A DNA stretch of 63,946 nt, filler included, from Reticulomyxa filosa (Eukaryota > Protista > Foraminifera), in NCBI GenBank assembly GCA_000512085.1. It is 16 parts of 16 records of this genome, joined end to end, with 100 filler letters (N's around TTAATTAATTAA, not from the genome) between each part and the next. Parts side by side here need not be neighbours in the genome. Positions count along the whole stretch, not along the records: positions 62,944 to 63,946 come from ASPP01018851.1; 15 more parts are not named here. The stretch is one strand, 5' to 3'. The notes under the pieces are model-generated. The model saw only the letters and a program-made list of their open reading frames with translations. It was not told the DNA's origin and searched no databases. Below, one piece after another: positions 62,844 to 63,946 of this stretch (position 1 is its first letter; each line of letters starts with the position of its first letter). Made by a program: the position numbers and the translations under genes.

Positions 62844-63946
62844 NNNNNNNNNNNNNNNNNNNNNNNNNNNNNNNNNNNNNNNNNNNNTTAATTAATTAAN
62901 NNNNNNNNNNNNNNNNNNNNNNNNNNNNNNNNNNNNNNNNNNNTGTGTGTTTCATATTAATATTTTTTCATTGACATTTCTTAAATCCTTTTTTAATTTA
63001 ATAAAAGTGATTGAATCTTTAATGACTAATAAAAAAATTCTTTCACAAGGACCAAAATAATTGAATAACAAAGTGATATTACGCGATATGAAATATCAAA
63101 AGATTTAGACAATGTCGTCTGTTGGGACACAAAGAAAATTTGAAATAAATTACTCGCTTAACAGCAAGTCATTTCGTGTCATCTTTCGGTCAGTATAAAA
63201 AGAGTTAAGCTGAAATCATAATTAATGAAATGTTATTTTTTAAAATCAACAATCGATTCTTTGAATGCATACTTAAAAATCAGATAATGATTGTTTCATT
63301 TTCGTGAAACAAGTCACAAATACATTTTCAATCGAAGATAAAATATTTTTCAATGACAAAAAATAAATTATGATAGTCTCTTTGAACTACTTTCGTACAC
63401 AAAATCTCTTCGGCAACCTGGGAATCTAAATTCTATCCTTGTAAACTTTGGAAACAAGGATTAAAGCAATTGATGCAACATAAAAAAATAAAAAATTTGG
63501 AACTAGACCCTTTTTAAGGAACTCGTCGTAATTTTCCAATTCAAAAAGATTTATTTATTTATTCATTCGTCAATTATATGACTATAGTTTCTTCGTAAAT
63601 TAACTAAAATAATATGTTTGATTGATATTGTTTCATTTCGTATTATTATTATTCGAAATAAATGTGACAAAACATTAGACAAGCTTTGTCATCATAATAA
63701 CACATTGAGATAATAATATAAATTTTGTTTTTTACAAACCCTTCTTGTTTTCAATATCTTACAAGAGTTGCATGACATTTTATTAGCAATACGAGTTAAA
63801 TAATAATGATGTTATTGAATAAATTATTTTTAAATGTTAACTGATATTTAAAAGTAAGTATCAAAATGGGTTGATTTTTTGCGAGGACCCCACGACAAAA
63901 GAAAAGTTTTATATCATTTTTTCTATACAACCTACCAAATGACCTG

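Noticed and set aside
62944-63946. Final contig
   Set aside because: AT-rich sequence with no ORF, repeat or structure I can support.

Overview
This window is not one locus. It is 16 short contigs of an AT-rich, intron-rich eukaryotic draft genome joined by 15 artificial 100-nt linkers (N44-TTAATTAATTAA-N44), so neighbourhood only means something within a contig. Gene content and the WD40 family signature suggest a rhizarian, most likely a foraminiferan such as Reticulomyxa (inference). Recognisable genes: class C GPCR end, THUMP methyltransferase, myotubularin-FYVE, two RNF213-like RZ-finger E3 proteins, CENP-V/GFA, P5A-ATPase end, N6AMT1/HemK2, TKL kinase, SGT1/HPAT-like glycosyltransferase, CCDC153/DRC12-like, Snapin, a WD40 gene plus remnants, a SAM-domain membrane receptor, an ARM+PH protein, G-alpha, a midasin pseudogene, an Rh transporter, Kelch and PDZ proteins. 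Two mobile elements are present: a gag-protease-only LTR element and a degraded CRE-type non-LTR retrotransposon. The main observation is at 18838-22890. An intronless kinesin motor domain runs through an essentially open linker (one stop, one frameshift) directly into the zinc finger-RT-RLE polyprotein, suggesting a retrotransposon that carries its own kinesin motor. Second, the two RNF213-like paralogues show no RING. One has PB1-like repeats in place of the AAA+ module, and the other has Cys-to-Ser at the RZ catalytic position. All family calls come from motifs read by eye; no database searches were run.
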